Numbered from the stretch's first letter, positions 1-11,058 are shown. The stretch: 64,000 nucleotides of DNA from Myxococcota bacterium (GCA_963674735.2 CAXXQS010000001.1:1888001-1952000); one strand, 5' to 3'. Notes: a model not told the origin generated them from the letters alone. Made by a program: numbers and translations.

Positions 1-2119
1 CGATCCTCGACTGTCCTTCAGGCAAAAGTTCGACCTCCACTCGTTTTTCGTCTCCAGCAAAAGCCTGAATTTTGAGATTACTCGCCTGATACCCCGCCTT
101 AACCAATTTGATTTGGTAGTGTTTGCCGCTTTCCAAATCGCTGATCCGGGCCGGTGTCAGATAGGCGGTCTTCTTTCCATCGATCCAAACTTGAGCCCCA
201 GGCGGCTCGGAAATCACCCGGGCCGACGGAGACAACGGAGATAAAACAAGCGAGGTCGTATGAAACGCTTCTTTTTCGAGAACAACAGACAAAATTTCGT
301 CTTTATATCCGGTCGCAGTTACTTTTAGCGTGTGTGGCACCCCAGCCTTGACATCCTTGATCACAGTTGGCGTCGGTCCGGGAGCAGGTTTGTTGTTCAG
401 CCAGACTTCCGCACCGGATGGTTCCGACTGCACCAGTAACACCGCCGGGGCCATGCCCGCCTCGTATAACCCACCGAAGACCTTTTCCTGCCTGTCATTT
501 TTAATTCGAAACGGGACGCGGTCGGCAAGAAACCCGCTTTTTTCAAAGACGGCCTCATGCTCCCCCACCGGATAATCCACAATCTTGCAGGGGGTAATGC
601 ATATCTCCTGCCCGTCAACGCGAACAACAGTATCAACACGATTGGCATTGAAAATCACGGTACCGGATTCACCAGGAGTACCCAGAGTGATAATTTTCTC
701 TTCGACATTTTCCACCAGAAACCAACCGACCAAAATCAACATCGCCAGAAGAACAGTGAGGATGCCGCCCAACAAAGTGGGCGAAATGAATGGACCAATT
801 TCCTGTTCATCATTGATCAGCGGTTTGTCTTCATTTTCTTCGCTGAAAACCGGCAGAGGACTGCTTTTTTCTTTTGTTCGGGCTAGGCGGGTCGGCTTCT
901 TTCGGGGCTGAGTGATGGGTTTCGACCCTGTTTTTTGCGATTTCGGAGATTCTTCAACCGGCTTTTTCTCTTCAGCTTTACGCTCTTTTTCCTTCCCTGG
1001 CTTCTTGGCCGGCACCACATCGGAAGCGATTTCGACCGGTTCCTCTATCTCGCTTTTTTCCCGAGGTGCAACACTTTCAGTCCGCAACGAGCGAACCGAA
1101 GCCTGTTCCAGGGCAGCCAAATCGATACCCAGGTGGTTGAAATCGAGCTTTTCAACTTTCTCGACCAACTGGGTAGCACGATCCAAATCCTGCTTGAAAT
1201 TCTCCTTCATCCAAGCAGAAAGAGCATGTTGGGTAAAAATGGTTTCTTGCTTGTAAAGATAGCGCTGCAGGTCGTGCTGCATATCGAGAGCGGAGGCGTA
1301 ACGCTTGTTCATGTCTCGCTCGAGCGCCCTCATCACCATGGCATCCACTTCCGGTGGAATTTGGTCGTTGTAATGGGATGGTGGAGTGATTTCCATCCCG
1401 CGCACCTTTTCCAAGGTGGCAAAGTCGGTGTCTCCGACAAAGAGGCGGCGGGCAGCCAGCATTTCATACAGCACGATACCCACGGAAAACACATCCGAGC
1501 GGCCATCGATCGGTAGACCGCGTACCTGCTCGGGAGACATATATCCGAACTTCCCCTTGAGAATACCCGCCTGCGTCTTTGATATTTTCCGTGCGGCCTT
1601 GGCGATTCCGAAATCGATCAGCTTCACTTCGCCTTCGTGGGACAGCAGAATATTCGGCGGGCTGACGTCGCGGTGAACGATATTGAGCGGCTGTTGCGTT
1701 GCATCCGTTTTGCGATGCGCATAGTCCAGCCCTCCAAGAATTTCAGCGGCAATAAAAAGGGCCATTTCAACAGGCAGCCGTTTGCGTGTTTTCTTTTGCC
1801 GATCGAAAATCGCCCTCAGGTCTTTCCCTTCAACATATTCCAGCGCGATGAAGTAAGCGTCGTTGACAACGCCAAGATCGTAAATCTGTGCAATATTAGC
1901 ATGGTGCAGTTGCCCGGCGATGTTCGCTTCATCGACAAACATCTTGATGAATTCATCATCTTCAGCAACATTCGGCAATACTCGCTTGATCGCCAGAATT
2001 TTTTGAAAACCGGACACTCCGACGGTGATCGCTTTAAAAACCTCGGCCATCCCCCCGACAGAGACCCGGTCGATTAGCAGGTATTTCCCAAAGACTTCCG
2101 GTTGTTCCACGTGCTCCAT
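1..2119 (-). CDS. Hanks-type Ser/Thr protein kinase with TM segment and probable C-terminal PEGA-like domains (3' end runs off the window)
   Basis: Translated by hand from ATG at 2119: MEHVEQPEVFGKYLLIDRVSVGGMAEVFKA...LAIKR...HRDVSPPNILL...DFGIAK...KGKFGYMSPEQ...DVFSVG. It is not in the ORF track because it is partial. Confidence 0.93.
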   Translation of the reverse strand, partial: MEHVEQPEVFGKYLLIDRVSVGGMAEVFKAITVGVSGFQKILAIKRVLPNVAEDDEFIKMFVDEANIAGQLHHANIAQIYDLGVVNDAYFIALEYVEGKDLRAIFDRQKKTRKRLPVEMALFIAAEILGGLDYAHRKTDATQQPLNIVHRDVSPPNILLSHEGEVKLIDFGIAKAARKISKTQAGILKGKFGYMSPEQVRGLPIDGRSDVFSVGIVLYEMLAARRLFVGDTDFATLEKVRGMEITPPSHYNDQIPPEVDAMVMRALERDMNKRYASALDMQHDLQRYLYKQETIFTQHALSAWMKENFKQDLDRATQLVEKVEKLDFNHLGIDLAALEQASVRSLRTESVAPREKSEIEEPVEIASDVVPAKKPGKEKERKAEEKKPVEESPKSQKTGSKPITQPRKKPTRLARTKEKSSPLPVFSEENEDKPLINDEQEIGPFISPTLLGGILTVLLAMLILVGWFLVENVEEKIITLGTPGESGTVIFNANRVDTVVRVDGQEICITPCKIVDYPVGEHEAVFEKSGFLADRVPFRIKNDRQEKVFGGLYEAGMAPAVLLVQSEPSGAEVWLNNKPAPGPTPTVIKDVKAGVPHTLKVTATGYKDEILSVVLEKEAFHTTSLVLSPLSPSARVISEPPGAQVWIDGKKTAYLTPARISDLESGKHYQIKLVKAGYQASNLKIQAFAGDEKRVEVELLPEGQSRI

Positions 2120-2390
2120 CCAATATAAAACGCTAGAATTTTCAGGAAGATTAGTTCAAAAACCATTGAAATGTCAAGACATCCGCATCGGAATAAGTGA
2201 AGCCGCTATCTCCTTCGAGACCACCGCTCATTCAAATGCCTGAAATAATGAACCCATTATCGCCCCCTATCGCTTTTTTCGTTAGGATGTTGTAAGATTC
2301 CTTCTTGTTCGTCAATTCGATGATCCCGTTCCCTGAACGGGCGGTTATCAGACGAGACAAGTTGCAGAGAAATAAAAGCGACAAAAGGAT

Positions 2391-4070
2391 GTGATGATGA
2401 AGACGATGGCGTCAAGCTTCGGATGGGTGGGATGGATTGGGATCATGTTGTTCGCCGTCGGCTGCGGTTCGAACGACTCCATCAATCAACCGATGGGCGA
2501 TGCAGACCCCGACCTTGAGACGGTGGAAGATGGCGATCTTCCTCAATCCGACGGCGATAACGAATCCGAATCCGACAACGAAATCGATGCCATTGACGGT
2601 GACGCGGATAATGAACTTTCGGAAGAATCCGACAAAACCGAAACCTCGACAGACGGGGATGAAGACACGTCGACCGACGGCGACCAAGATCCGATCCAAA
2701 CGGACGGCGATGAGAGCGAAATGGAGCTAGAGCAGGAAGACGAGCAGGCAGAAGCCGAAATCGCCGATCAGGAGGACGACACCGAGACGGTTGAGGCAGA
2801 AACCGAAATAGAGGAAGAAGCAACCCTCGTTTGTGACGCGGAAACCGACCCACTCGACGTTTACCATCTGCTTGACGAACCGTATTTCTCCGACCTCACC
2901 TGGAGCTACGAAGGTGAAATTTCGAAACGCTGCGACTCCGACGGATTCATTTTCGCCGGGGCGAGAGGAATGCAAGTCTCGATCGAATTGAAACAGCGCA
3001 CTACCTACATGCCACTCAATGGACGCCTCATTCTAACAGACATCGCCGCAGTGAGCGGTCGCCGTGAGACGGAGATTTACTTCGACCAATCGCTCGAAGG
3101 GCCATCCGGAACCGTCCAGACCAGTTTCACCCTGCCCTATTCCGGCGAATATCTCGTCTTGGTGGCCGGACGCGGCAACGTGCAGACCGGAGCATACACG
3201 CTGGAAACCACCTGCACCGCCAATTGCGGACGCCGTTTCACCCGTCATCCGGTGGTTCTCATGCACGGCATGGCAGGTTTCGACAATGCACTTGGGTTTT
3301 ACGACTACTTTTACGGAGTCGAAGCGGACTTGTGGGATAGGGGCTACAACGTGGATTCCACCGAAGTGGCCATGTTCAACGATTCCGTCTACCGCGCAAA
3401 CGAAGTCGAGCGCCAGCTCATGGAAAAGCTGGAAGACACCGGAGCTCGCAAGCTCAATCTGGTCGTTCACTCGCAAGGCGGACTCGATGCACGCCATTTC
3501 ATCAGCGTGATGGGACATGCCGACGATGTCTCGGTGTTGGCCATGGTCGCCACTCCCAACCGCGGCGTTATTTTAGGCGACATGGTACTGGGAACCGTCA
3601 CCGGCGTCAGCCAGGACGTCATCGCTTCCATCATCGATTTTTTCGGCAACCTGATCGACGCCTCGGATAGCGACATCGTTGCGGCCTTGGGCCAGATTTC
3701 TACCGCGCAGATGGAAAATGAATTCAACCCCGCCCATCCTGACGCCCCAAATGTGGAGTATTGGTCCTGGGCGGGCGTCACCTGCGGATTCTTCGACTTC
3801 GACTGCCGCGACGACCACGGCGGCGAATATGTCGGTGCCGCCCTCTCCCTGACTTATGGCCTGATCAAAAACGGCCCAGAGGAAGAAGGCTACGGTCCCA
3901 ACGACGGCATGGTGCCGCTTTACAGCGCTCAATGGGGCACCTTTATGGGCATCGTCAATGCCGACCATGCCGACGAAATCGGGCAGCTCAAATCGCCTTT
4001 GATCAACGGCTTCGATCACAAACAGCTTTATCGCGACATCGTGTTTAAACTTTATGACGAAGGATTCTAA
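2391..4070 (+). CDS. Lipoprotein lipase (family I type alpha/beta hydrolase) with acidic DGD linker and PPC-like domain
   Basis: Lipobox FAVGC, D/E-rich linker with DGD motifs, PVVLMHGMAG oxyanion region, VHSQGG nucleophile, NDGMV Asp, ADHADEIG His. Confidence 0.85.
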   Translation: MMMKTMASSFGWVGWIGIMLFAVGCGSNDSINQPMGDADPDLETVEDGDLPQSDGDNESESDNEIDAIDGDADNELSEESDKTETSTDGDEDTSTDGDQDPIQTDGDESEMELEQEDEQAEAEIADQEDDTETVEAETEIEEEATLVCDAETDPLDVYHLLDEPYFSDLTWSYEGEISKRCDSDGFIFAGARGMQVSIELKQRTTYMPLNGRLILTDIAAVSGRRETEIYFDQSLEGPSGTVQTSFTLPYSGEYLVLVAGRGNVQTGAYTLETTCTANCGRRFTRHPVVLMHGMAGFDNALGFYDYFYGVEADLWDRGYNVDSTEVAMFNDSVYRANEVERQLMEKLEDTGARKLNLVVHSQGGLDARHFISVMGHADDVSVLAMVATPNRGVILGDMVLGTVTGVSQDVIASIIDFFGNLIDASDSDIVAALGQISTAQMENEFNPAHPDAPNVEYWSWAGVTCGFFDFDCRDDHGGEYVGAALSLTYGLIKNGPEEEGYGPNDGMVPLYSAQWGTFMGIVNADHADEIGQLKSPLINGFDHKQLYRDIVFKLYDEGF

Positions 4071-4116
4071 TCGCGCGCCTTGAATCGGACCGTCTAAACC
4101 GGGAGGAACGCCAATC

Positions 4117-5223
4117 ATGCAAGATGGAACCGTTTATTTTGTTCCTTATTCGATTCATAAAGACCCCCGCAATGTGCTGGTGCGCATGCGTGCCGCCTGC
4201 GAGGAAGTCGGAATTGCAACGTTCATCCGTCCGGACGATTTCTGCGCCATCAAAATGCATTTTGGCGAGTTCGGCATCACCAGCTATTTGCGTCCGGCCT
4301 ATCCACGCACCCTGGTCGCCATGCTCAAAGATCTGGGCGCACGTCCCTTCCTCACCGACACCAACACCCTTTACCGGGTGGCGCGACACAATGCGGTCGA
4401 CCATCTAACCACGGCGCATCAGAACGGTTTTTCCTACGGTTCGGTCGGCGCACCACTCATCATCGCCGACGGACTCCATGGTCACGCTCATCAGGAAGTC
4501 GACTACGACGGCAAACACCTGACGAAAATCTCCATCCCCGACGCCATTCACGATGCCGACTCGATGCTGGTGCTCAGCCATTTCACCGCCCATCTGGCCG
4601 CCGGTTTCGGCGCGGCGGTGAAAAACCTGTCCATGGGCTGCTCCAATCCCCAGGGCAAACGGCGCATGCACTGTCACTCCAAACCGACCGTGGACACCGA
4701 CACCTGCACAGCCTGCGGGATGTGTGCCCGCTGGTGCCCCACCGGCGCCATTACCGTGGACGACTACGCCTCCGTTAATGAAGACCTCTGCATGGCCTGC
4801 GGCGAATGCACCGTGGTGTGTCCCGTGCAGGCAGTGAAGATCCCCTGGGACGAAAACTCGTCGATTTTGCAGGAAAAGATGGCCGAACACGCTCATGCGG
4901 TCGTCCAGCAGAAGAAAGATCGGATTTTCTTCGTCAATTGCTTAGTCGATATCACCCCCCACTGCGACTGCATGGAACAAAGCGAACCGGTCTTCAAACC
5001 TGATGTTGGAATCCTGCTCGGAAGCGACCCGGTAGCCGTGGATCAGGCCTGCATCGACTTTGTTTCCGGCAAACTCAATTGGGATGGCCGCCGCTTGACC
5101 GAAGGCGAGCCCGGCGACCCGCTACGGGCGATTTACAAACACATCGACTGGCAGGTTCAACTGGCCTATGCCGAAACAATCGGTCTCGGGTCGCGTAGCT
5201 ACGAGCTTAAATTGATGCGCTGA
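4117..5223 (+). CDS. DUF362-type protein with 2x[4Fe-4S] ferredoxin domain
   Basis: KMHFGE, TDTNTLY, IIADGL, two CxxCxxCxxxCP motifs, CDC and DPVAVDQA. Confidence 0.88.
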   Translation: MQDGTVYFVPYSIHKDPRNVLVRMRAACEEVGIATFIRPDDFCAIKMHFGEFGITSYLRPAYPRTLVAMLKDLGARPFLTDTNTLYRVARHNAVDHLTTAHQNGFSYGSVGAPLIIADGLHGHAHQEVDYDGKHLTKISIPDAIHDADSMLVLSHFTAHLAAGFGAAVKNLSMGCSNPQGKRRMHCHSKPTVDTDTCTACGMCARWCPTGAITVDDYASVNEDLCMACGECTVVCPVQAVKIPWDENSSILQEKMAEHAHAVVQQKKDRIFFVNCLVDITPHCDCMEQSEPVFKPDVGILLGSDPVAVDQACIDFVSGKLNWDGRRLTEGEPGDPLRAIYKHIDWQVQLAYAETIGLGSRSYELKLMR

Positions 5224-5409
5224 GCACCTGGATAACATGCATCACGAGGTTGAAAAACCGGGTGCGAATGGTCTTCTTCAATGACCTTGATCGTGTCGAG
5301 CATCGCCAATCTCCCAGGTTCTGACTGACCTGTGGCCCATCACAAAAGACCGGAGAGCTATCGGGGCCTTTCTTATTTTCACTCAAACGAGAAAGCACCC
5401 CGCACTATT

Positions 5410-8400
5410 TCAAGGTCGATTTTCCTCTTCCTTAGCCGCTTCTATATCCTCATGAATGGTGTCGTCGTGCAACTCGGCCGCGCGCCGTATTAGCGCCTCG
5501 CCGGTTGTCTCCATGCCCACCCAACGCCGCGGAATGTTCACGATGTCGTCGAGAATCGCATAGCTGCAAGGAATCACGAACAAGGTCAAGAAGGTCGCGA
5601 ATGCCAACCCCCAACAGAAACAGATAGCGAGAGGCTGCCAGGTTTCGGTAGACCCACCAAGCCCAAAGGCCATGGGTGTTAGTCCTGCGATAGTGGTGAC
5701 GGTCGTCAACAGAATAGGCCGCATACGGCGCGACCCCGATTCCACAAGCGCTCGCCGCCTCGAAAGCCCCGAGGCACGTCCCTTGTTGATGAAGTCCACC
5801 AACACCAACGAATCGTTCACCACGACCCCCGAGAGCGCAACCACCGAGATGCCCGCCACCAGTGAGAACGTCAGGTTCATCAAAATCAGCCCGATCGCCA
5901 CACCTAAAATGGAGAACGGCACCGTAAACATCACAACCAGCGGTTGACTGAACGACTGGAATTGCGTGCCGAGAATCAGATAAATGAGCACCAAAGCGAC
6001 GATGAAAGCCTGAATCAGCGAAGCGAACGATTTTTGCTGTTCCTCGAATTCCCCACCGAAATCAAGATTGAATCCGGGGAAACGGGTGGAGAAATCGTCG
6101 TACTTTTCGCGCATAACACGGTTGGCCTCATCGGAGTTGATGGTTACCTTGTCGACGTCTGCAGTCACGGTAATGGCACGTTTCCCATCGCGTCGATGGA
6201 TCTGGCTGGCTCCGCGTTCCACCTTGAACTCGCCCAGTTCCGCCAACGGCACGTGGATACCAAGCGAGGTTGAGATCGTGATCCGCTTCAAGTCGTCTAG
6301 ATCATTGCGATCCGCCTCCCGATACAACACACGCACCTTGACTTCATCACCCATTTCATCGCGAAATTTGGTGGCTTCGTAGCCCTCCACCGCCGATCGC
6401 ATAGTCAGGCTGAGGTCGGTCATCGACACCCCGTAGGCCGCCATTTTTACCCGGTCGGGAATAAACTGTACCTCCCGTTTTCCGGGACGATGATCCATTT
6501 TCACATCGGTAATACCCGCCACCGACTTCATTTCTTCCATCACCATATCGGCCAGTTCTCTCAGCCTTTCCAGATTGTCCCCCCGCACCCGGATTTCAAC
6601 CGGTTCCCCAACCGGCGGGCCGCCCTCACCGCGCGTGAAATAGGCCTCCTTCAGTTCGGGAATATTGCGAATCCGCTTACGAATCCTGTTTTTCACTTCA
6701 CTGTTGGAAGGACGGCTGTCTTCATCGGCCAGTTCGAATATTACCATCCCACCTTCGGTGGTCCGCGTCCATTGCTGGTTCTCGATGACCAGACCGGTCA
6801 AAACCTGGTATGAATTCAGTTCCTGCCCCACCATATCCGCCACGCGGCTCTCGATATCCTGCATCACGCGATCGGTCTCTTCAAGCTTGGTGCCGGTGGG
6901 TAACCGCATGATTAAACGTTCGGTGGAGGTCGCTTCCTCGGGAAACATCTCGATGCGCAAAATATTGGCAGCCAGAGCAGTGAAAACCACCGTCGCCACG
7001 AAGGTACCAAACGTCACCAGGTAGCGATGATCGAGGAATTTGTTGATCTGCCAGCGGTAAAGGCGAAGCAGTTTGTCATAGAAACGATCCCCGAAACGAT
7101 CGCCCTTTTTCTTTGGAAGACGCCCAAAATCATTGAGATGCGAGGGCAACACCACCAGCGATTGGATCAACGAACCGATCAATGCCAGTGTCACCACGAT
7201 CGGCAAAACCTGCAAAAACTTGCCGACGATACCCTCCATCATCAGCAGAGGCAAAAAGGCGGCGATCGTTGTCAACACAGCCGCAATGACCGGCCACATG
7301 ACTTGCTCGGTCCCGGCCACGGCCGCCTGAACCGGCGTTTTGCCTTCCTCCATGTGCCGATACACATTTTCGATAATGATGATGGCATCATCCACAACCA
7401 TGCCCAACACGAGAATAAAGGCAAAGAGCGACAAGGTATTGATCGTGCCGCCGGTTGCATCGAGGAAAATAAAGGCGCTCAAAAAGGCGAACGGAATGCC
7501 GATCACAGCCAGAATCGCACTGCGCATGCCGATAATGAGCGTCATCAGAATCGAGACCAGCACCAGCCCGGTCAGAGCGTTGGTCGTCAGCACCGAAATG
7601 CTCTCCACCACGTCCTTCGACTGGTCGTTGCGGATCGACAGATCCACTCCCGGTACTTTTTCGCGATATTGATCGACCACTTCGCGCACCTGCTCGGCCA
7701 CGTCCACGACCGAACCTTCACGCTTCATGAACACGCGGATATAAACCGAAGACTTACCGTTTAGACGTCCAATTATCTCATCGCGCTCAAAGGTGTCCGT
7801 TACCCGGGCCAAATCGGCCACCCGGGCCGATTCGCCTCCGCGTCCGATGCGCACAATCACGCGTCCCACCTGTTCGGGTTCGTCTATCTCCCCCATCGAA
7901 CGAACCAGGAATTCCTCGCGGCCCATTTCGACGCGCCCGGAAGGTAGGTTGATGTTCGCCATCTGAATGGCAGCGGTCAACTCGGTCAAAGAGACCCCGG
8001 CGGTCTCCAGTCGGTCGCGATCGGCTTCCACCCATATTTCACGGTTTAAGATTCCGCTGATATCGATGCTGGCCACATCGGGAATATCCAGCAATTCTTC
8101 TTTCAGCGAATCGGAAATTCGCTTGAGCCCTTCGTTGGAATATTCACCGCCGAGCGCAATAGCCATAATCGGCCAGACGTCTTCGGACGCCAGTTTGAGC
8201 GTAAACATGTTGTCTTGGGCTTCTTGAGGCAGCTCGGGCTTGACCTTGTCGACCTCCGACTTCAGATCCATCACGGCCTGATCGAAGTTGTCCAGGCCCA
8301 CTTCGTACTGGATGAAAAACACGCAGCGTCCCTCGGAAGAGGCCGACTGAATGAAATCAATGTCGGGCAACGACGTGATTTCGTCTTCGATGGGCAAGGT

Positions 8401-8589
8401 GATAAGCTTTTCCACATCTTCCGGCGACGCACCGGGATAAGGCACGATGATGATAACCGAATCGAAGTCCACGGCCGGTGCATTTTCCATCGGCATACGA
8501 TGCAGCGAAAACAGCCCCGCCACCAGAATGGCGATCATCAACATATTGACCAGAACGGTCTGACGCGAGAAAAAGCGCGGTATCGACAT
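5410..8589 (-). CDS. RND efflux permease (AcrB/AcrD/AcrF family)
   Basis: 1059 aa; YPGASPEDVE, LGMVVDDAIIIIEN, RMRPILLTT; 12-TM pattern. Confidence 0.95.
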   Translation of the reverse strand: MSIPRFFSRQTVLVNMLMIAILVAGLFSLHRMPMENAPAVDFDSVIIIVPYPGASPEDVEKLITLPIEDEITSLPDIDFIQSASSEGRCVFFIQYEVGLDNFDQAVMDLKSEVDKVKPELPQEAQDNMFTLKLASEDVWPIMAIALGGEYSNEGLKRISDSLKEELLDIPDVASIDISGILNREIWVEADRDRLETAGVSLTELTAAIQMANINLPSGRVEMGREEFLVRSMGEIDEPEQVGRVIVRIGRGGESARVADLARVTDTFERDEIIGRLNGKSSVYIRVFMKREGSVVDVAEQVREVVDQYREKVPGVDLSIRNDQSKDVVESISVLTTNALTGLVLVSILMTLIIGMRSAILAVIGIPFAFLSAFIFLDATGGTINTLSLFAFILVLGMVVDDAIIIIENVYRHMEEGKTPVQAAVAGTEQVMWPVIAAVLTTIAAFLPLLMMEGIVGKFLQVLPIVVTLALIGSLIQSLVVLPSHLNDFGRLPKKKGDRFGDRFYDKLLRLYRWQINKFLDHRYLVTFGTFVATVVFTALAANILRIEMFPEEATSTERLIMRLPTGTKLEETDRVMQDIESRVADMVGQELNSYQVLTGLVIENQQWTRTTEGGMVIFELADEDSRPSNSEVKNRIRKRIRNIPELKEAYFTRGEGGPPVGEPVEIRVRGDNLERLRELADMVMEEMKSVAGITDVKMDHRPGKREVQFIPDRVKMAAYGVSMTDLSLTMRSAVEGYEATKFRDEMGDEVKVRVLYREADRNDLDDLKRITISTSLGIHVPLAELGEFKVERGASQIHRRDGKRAITVTADVDKVTINSDEANRVMREKYDDFSTRFPGFNLDFGGEFEEQQKSFASLIQAFIVALVLIYLILGTQFQSFSQPLVVMFTVPFSILGVAIGLILMNLTFSLVAGISVVALSGVVVNDSLVLVDFINKGRASGLSRRRALVESGSRRMRPILLTTVTTIAGLTPMAFGLGGSTETWQPLAICFCWGLAFATFLTLFVIPCSYAILDDIVNIPRRWVGMETTGEALIRRAAELHDDTIHEDIEAAKEEENRP

Positions 8590-8598
8590 GCCGTCCCC

Positions 8599-9708
8599 CT
8601 ACTCCACCACCTGGACCTTGGCGCCATCGGTGAGGTTGTTCTGTCCGGTCACCACGATCACCTCTCCGGGATCGATGCCTTTCTCGACCACGACCTCGCG
8701 TCCGGCGGTTTCTCCAAGCGCCACTTCGCGTTCGATTACGCGCTCTCCATCAAGGACATAAAGGTAGTAATGCTCGAAACGTTCGACCAAACTTTCCAAC
8801 GGCAGAAGAATCACCTGGCGTCCGGTCGGCATCATCAGGCGCACACGCGCCACCATCCCGATACGCACCTGTGACGGCGGGTCGCTTAGCACCACCTCCA
8901 CGGGATAGGTCATGGTCGGCTGCAAAGTCTTCACTCCCACGGTTGCCACTTTTCCCAGGAATGTCTTCCCGCCGATGGTCGGAATGGTAACTTGAGCTTC
9001 CATACCGGGAGCAACGATATCGATCGCATCTTCCCCGACACCGATGGCCACTTTCAGGTTTTCCAGATTGACCAGCTGAGCCACGGGCGATCCTTGAGCG
9101 ATGGTATCGCCCAACTTCACCAATTTATTGGCAATTACTCCTTTAAAGGGAGCACGAATCTTGGCTAGGCGCAGTGCGCGTGACGCCTGAGACAAGGTCG
9201 CCTCAGCGCTTTGAACCGCTGCCTGGGCGCTTTGATAGGCCATCTTGACCTGATCGAACATCGAGTCGGAGACATCCCCCAGCTCATGCAATTCCTTCAG
9301 ACGATTGTATTCCGCCTGCGCCTGCTCATACCCGGCTTTAGCCTGTGCCAATCCGGCTTTGGCCATATTGTGCTGGATCGCATACGGTTCCGCATCCACC
9401 GAGGCCAGCACATCACCCTTCGCAAATTTCTTTCCCAATTCAAGGTATTCGGCCACCACGCGTCCCGCCGTTTCGCTCAGCACAGTCACATCTCGATCGG
9501 TTGTGATACTGCCACTAACCTCGACATGGTGGTTCAAATCTTTCAATGCCACCGTTGCCACTCGGACGGGAATGACCTTTTCGGATGAAGCCGCCTCACC
9601 CGACTCGTGGTCACCATCACCCTCCACTGCCGTCTCGCTTGCCTTCTGAGAACACCCACAGATAAGAAGCAGAATTAAAAGCCATCCGACAGTCAGTCGT
9701 TTCCCCAT
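8599..9708 (-). CDS. RND periplasmic adaptor (membrane fusion protein), lipoprotein
   Basis: Lipobox LICGC, alpha-hairpin, IRAPFKGVI, GMVARV; adjacent to the RND permease; start placed at ATG 9708 after a GAGG RBS. Confidence 0.92.
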   Translation of the reverse strand: MGKRLTVGWLLILLLICGCSQKASETAVEGDGDHESGEAASSEKVIPVRVATVALKDLNHHVEVSGSITTDRDVTVLSETAGRVVAEYLELGKKFAKGDVLASVDAEPYAIQHNMAKAGLAQAKAGYEQAQAEYNRLKELHELGDVSDSMFDQVKMAYQSAQAAVQSAEATLSQASRALRLAKIRAPFKGVIANKLVKLGDTIAQGSPVAQLVNLENLKVAIGVGEDAIDIVAPGMEAQVTIPTIGGKTFLGKVATVGVKTLQPTMTYPVEVVLSDPPSQVRIGMVARVRLMMPTGRQVILLPLESLVERFEHYYLYVLDGERVIEREVALGETAGREVVVEKGIDPGEVIVVTGQNNLTDGAKVQVVE

Positions 9709-9845
9709 TTTTCTACCCTCATGTTCCAATCAGTTTGGCTCGCATGATCTAAATTAATGCAAACCCTACCGTAAACAATTTGTTTTCGCAAGATCGGGAA
9801 GACACTGAACTCCACCATACTCATTTTCCCGATTGAGGAACACCC

Positions 9846-10904
9846 TCACGAGTTGAGAATCGCTTGGATAATTTTCTTGTTGGCGCTGGGAAACGGATAA
9901 GAGTCCAAGTCCGACGGGCGCACCCATTTCAGTTCATCCGCTGCGTGTGGAATCGCTTTTCCGGGTTCAGCACGACAGGCAAAAGCCGTCAACGTGATAG
10001 AAAAGTGCGAATAGGTATGGCGCAACGTTATTATTTTCTCGCCGACAATCGCCTTTAAGCCGGTTTCCTCCATGATTTCACGCACGACGGCAACATCGAG
10101 CGTCTCGTCGGGCTTCCGTTTTCCACCGGGGAATTCCCACAAACCACCCAGCATGGATTCCTGCGGTCGCTTGGCGATAAGGATGCGACCTTTCCGGTGA
10201 ATCACGCCTACCGCGATTTCATAATGCGGAGTCGGTGCTTTGGTTGTTTTTACCGGCAATTCCTCCACCCGGTCTTCACCATTGGCAACGCAGTCTTTGC
10301 GCAGAGGACACGCCGAACAATCCGGTTTCGTCGGACGGCAGATCAACGCCCCAAGTTCCATCATCGCCTGATTGAAATCTCCAGGTGAAGTCTCCTTTAT
10401 GAACGGGCGCAAGCGATCCCGTATTTTATTGCGCACGATCGGGCGCCGGATATCGTCGGCTATCCCCCAAAAACGTGTGAAAACACGCAGCACATTGCCA
10501 TCCACCACCGGTTCGGATAGACCAAAGGCAATACTCCCCACCGCCGCCGCCGTATAAGGCCCGAAACCCGGCAGGGAACGTAGCTCGTCGAATGTCTCGG
10601 GCATTTCGCCATTCCGGTCATGAATGATCTGTCGGGCCGCTTTATGCAGATTACGGGCACGGGAGTAATAGCCCAACCCTTCCCACTGTTTGAGAACCGG
10701 CTGGAGGTCCGCCGCCGCCAGATCGTTAACCGTTGGAAATGAGGCTAGAAATCGCCGAAAGTACGGAATGACAGTGTCCACCTGGGTTTGTTGCAACATG
10801 ACTTCGCTAAGCCATATCAAATAAGGATCGCTCGTCCGTCGCCAGGGAAGATCCCGCCGGAACGACCGATACCAAGCCAGCAACCGTTTGACCCATGTTG
10901 TCAT
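9846..10904 (-). CDS. mutY: A/G-specific adenine glycosylase with C-terminal Nudix domain
   Basis: LPWR, SEVMLQQTQV, WEGLGYYSRARNLH, HhH LPGFGPYTA, VDGNVLRV, Fe-S motif CX6CX2CX5C. Confidence 0.96.
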   Translation of the reverse strand: MTTWVKRLLAWYRSFRRDLPWRRTSDPYLIWLSEVMLQQTQVDTVIPYFRRFLASFPTVNDLAAADLQPVLKQWEGLGYYSRARNLHKAARQIIHDRNGEMPETFDELRSLPGFGPYTAAAVGSIAFGLSEPVVDGNVLRVFTRFWGIADDIRRPIVRNKIRDRLRPFIKETSPGDFNQAMMELGALICRPTKPDCSACPLRKDCVANGEDRVEELPVKTTKAPTPHYEIAVGVIHRKGRILIAKRPQESMLGGLWEFPGGKRKPDETLDVAVVREIMEETGLKAIVGEKIITLRHTYSHFSITLTAFACRAEPGKAIPHAADELKWVRPSDLDSYPFPSANKKIIQAILNS

Positions 10905-10924
10905 CCGTTATCCTTTCGCGAAAC

Positions 10925-10953
10925 AGACTAGTTGCGAACGAATGGGCTGTCAA
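10925..10953 (-). promoter_or_regulatory. Putative sigma70 promoter for mutY
   Basis: TTGACA-N17-TAGTCT on the minus strand, divergent from the fumC promoter. Confidence 0.55.
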
Positions 10954-10990
10954 TGCGGGATTGAAGAATAGCGGCAATGCATCGGCAATC

Positions 10991-11019
10991 TTGACAGGCG
11001 AGCAGCGAATGAGTAGGTT
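10991..11019 (+). promoter_or_regulatory. Putative sigma70 promoter for fumC
   Basis: TTGACA-N17-TAGGTT upstream of an AGGAG RBS. Confidence 0.6.
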
Positions 11020-11058
11020 GATTCACGTCGAGTCAACCTGCAACCAAGGAGACAAATC

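Noticed and set aside
5223-5322. Weak inverted repeat (AGCACCTGG...CCAGGTTCT) between convergent genes, as a third MITE
   Set aside because: Too short and imperfect, single copy, no target-site duplication
5410-9708. RND pump without an adjacent TolC
   Set aside because: Common; the outer-membrane channel is often encoded elsewhere
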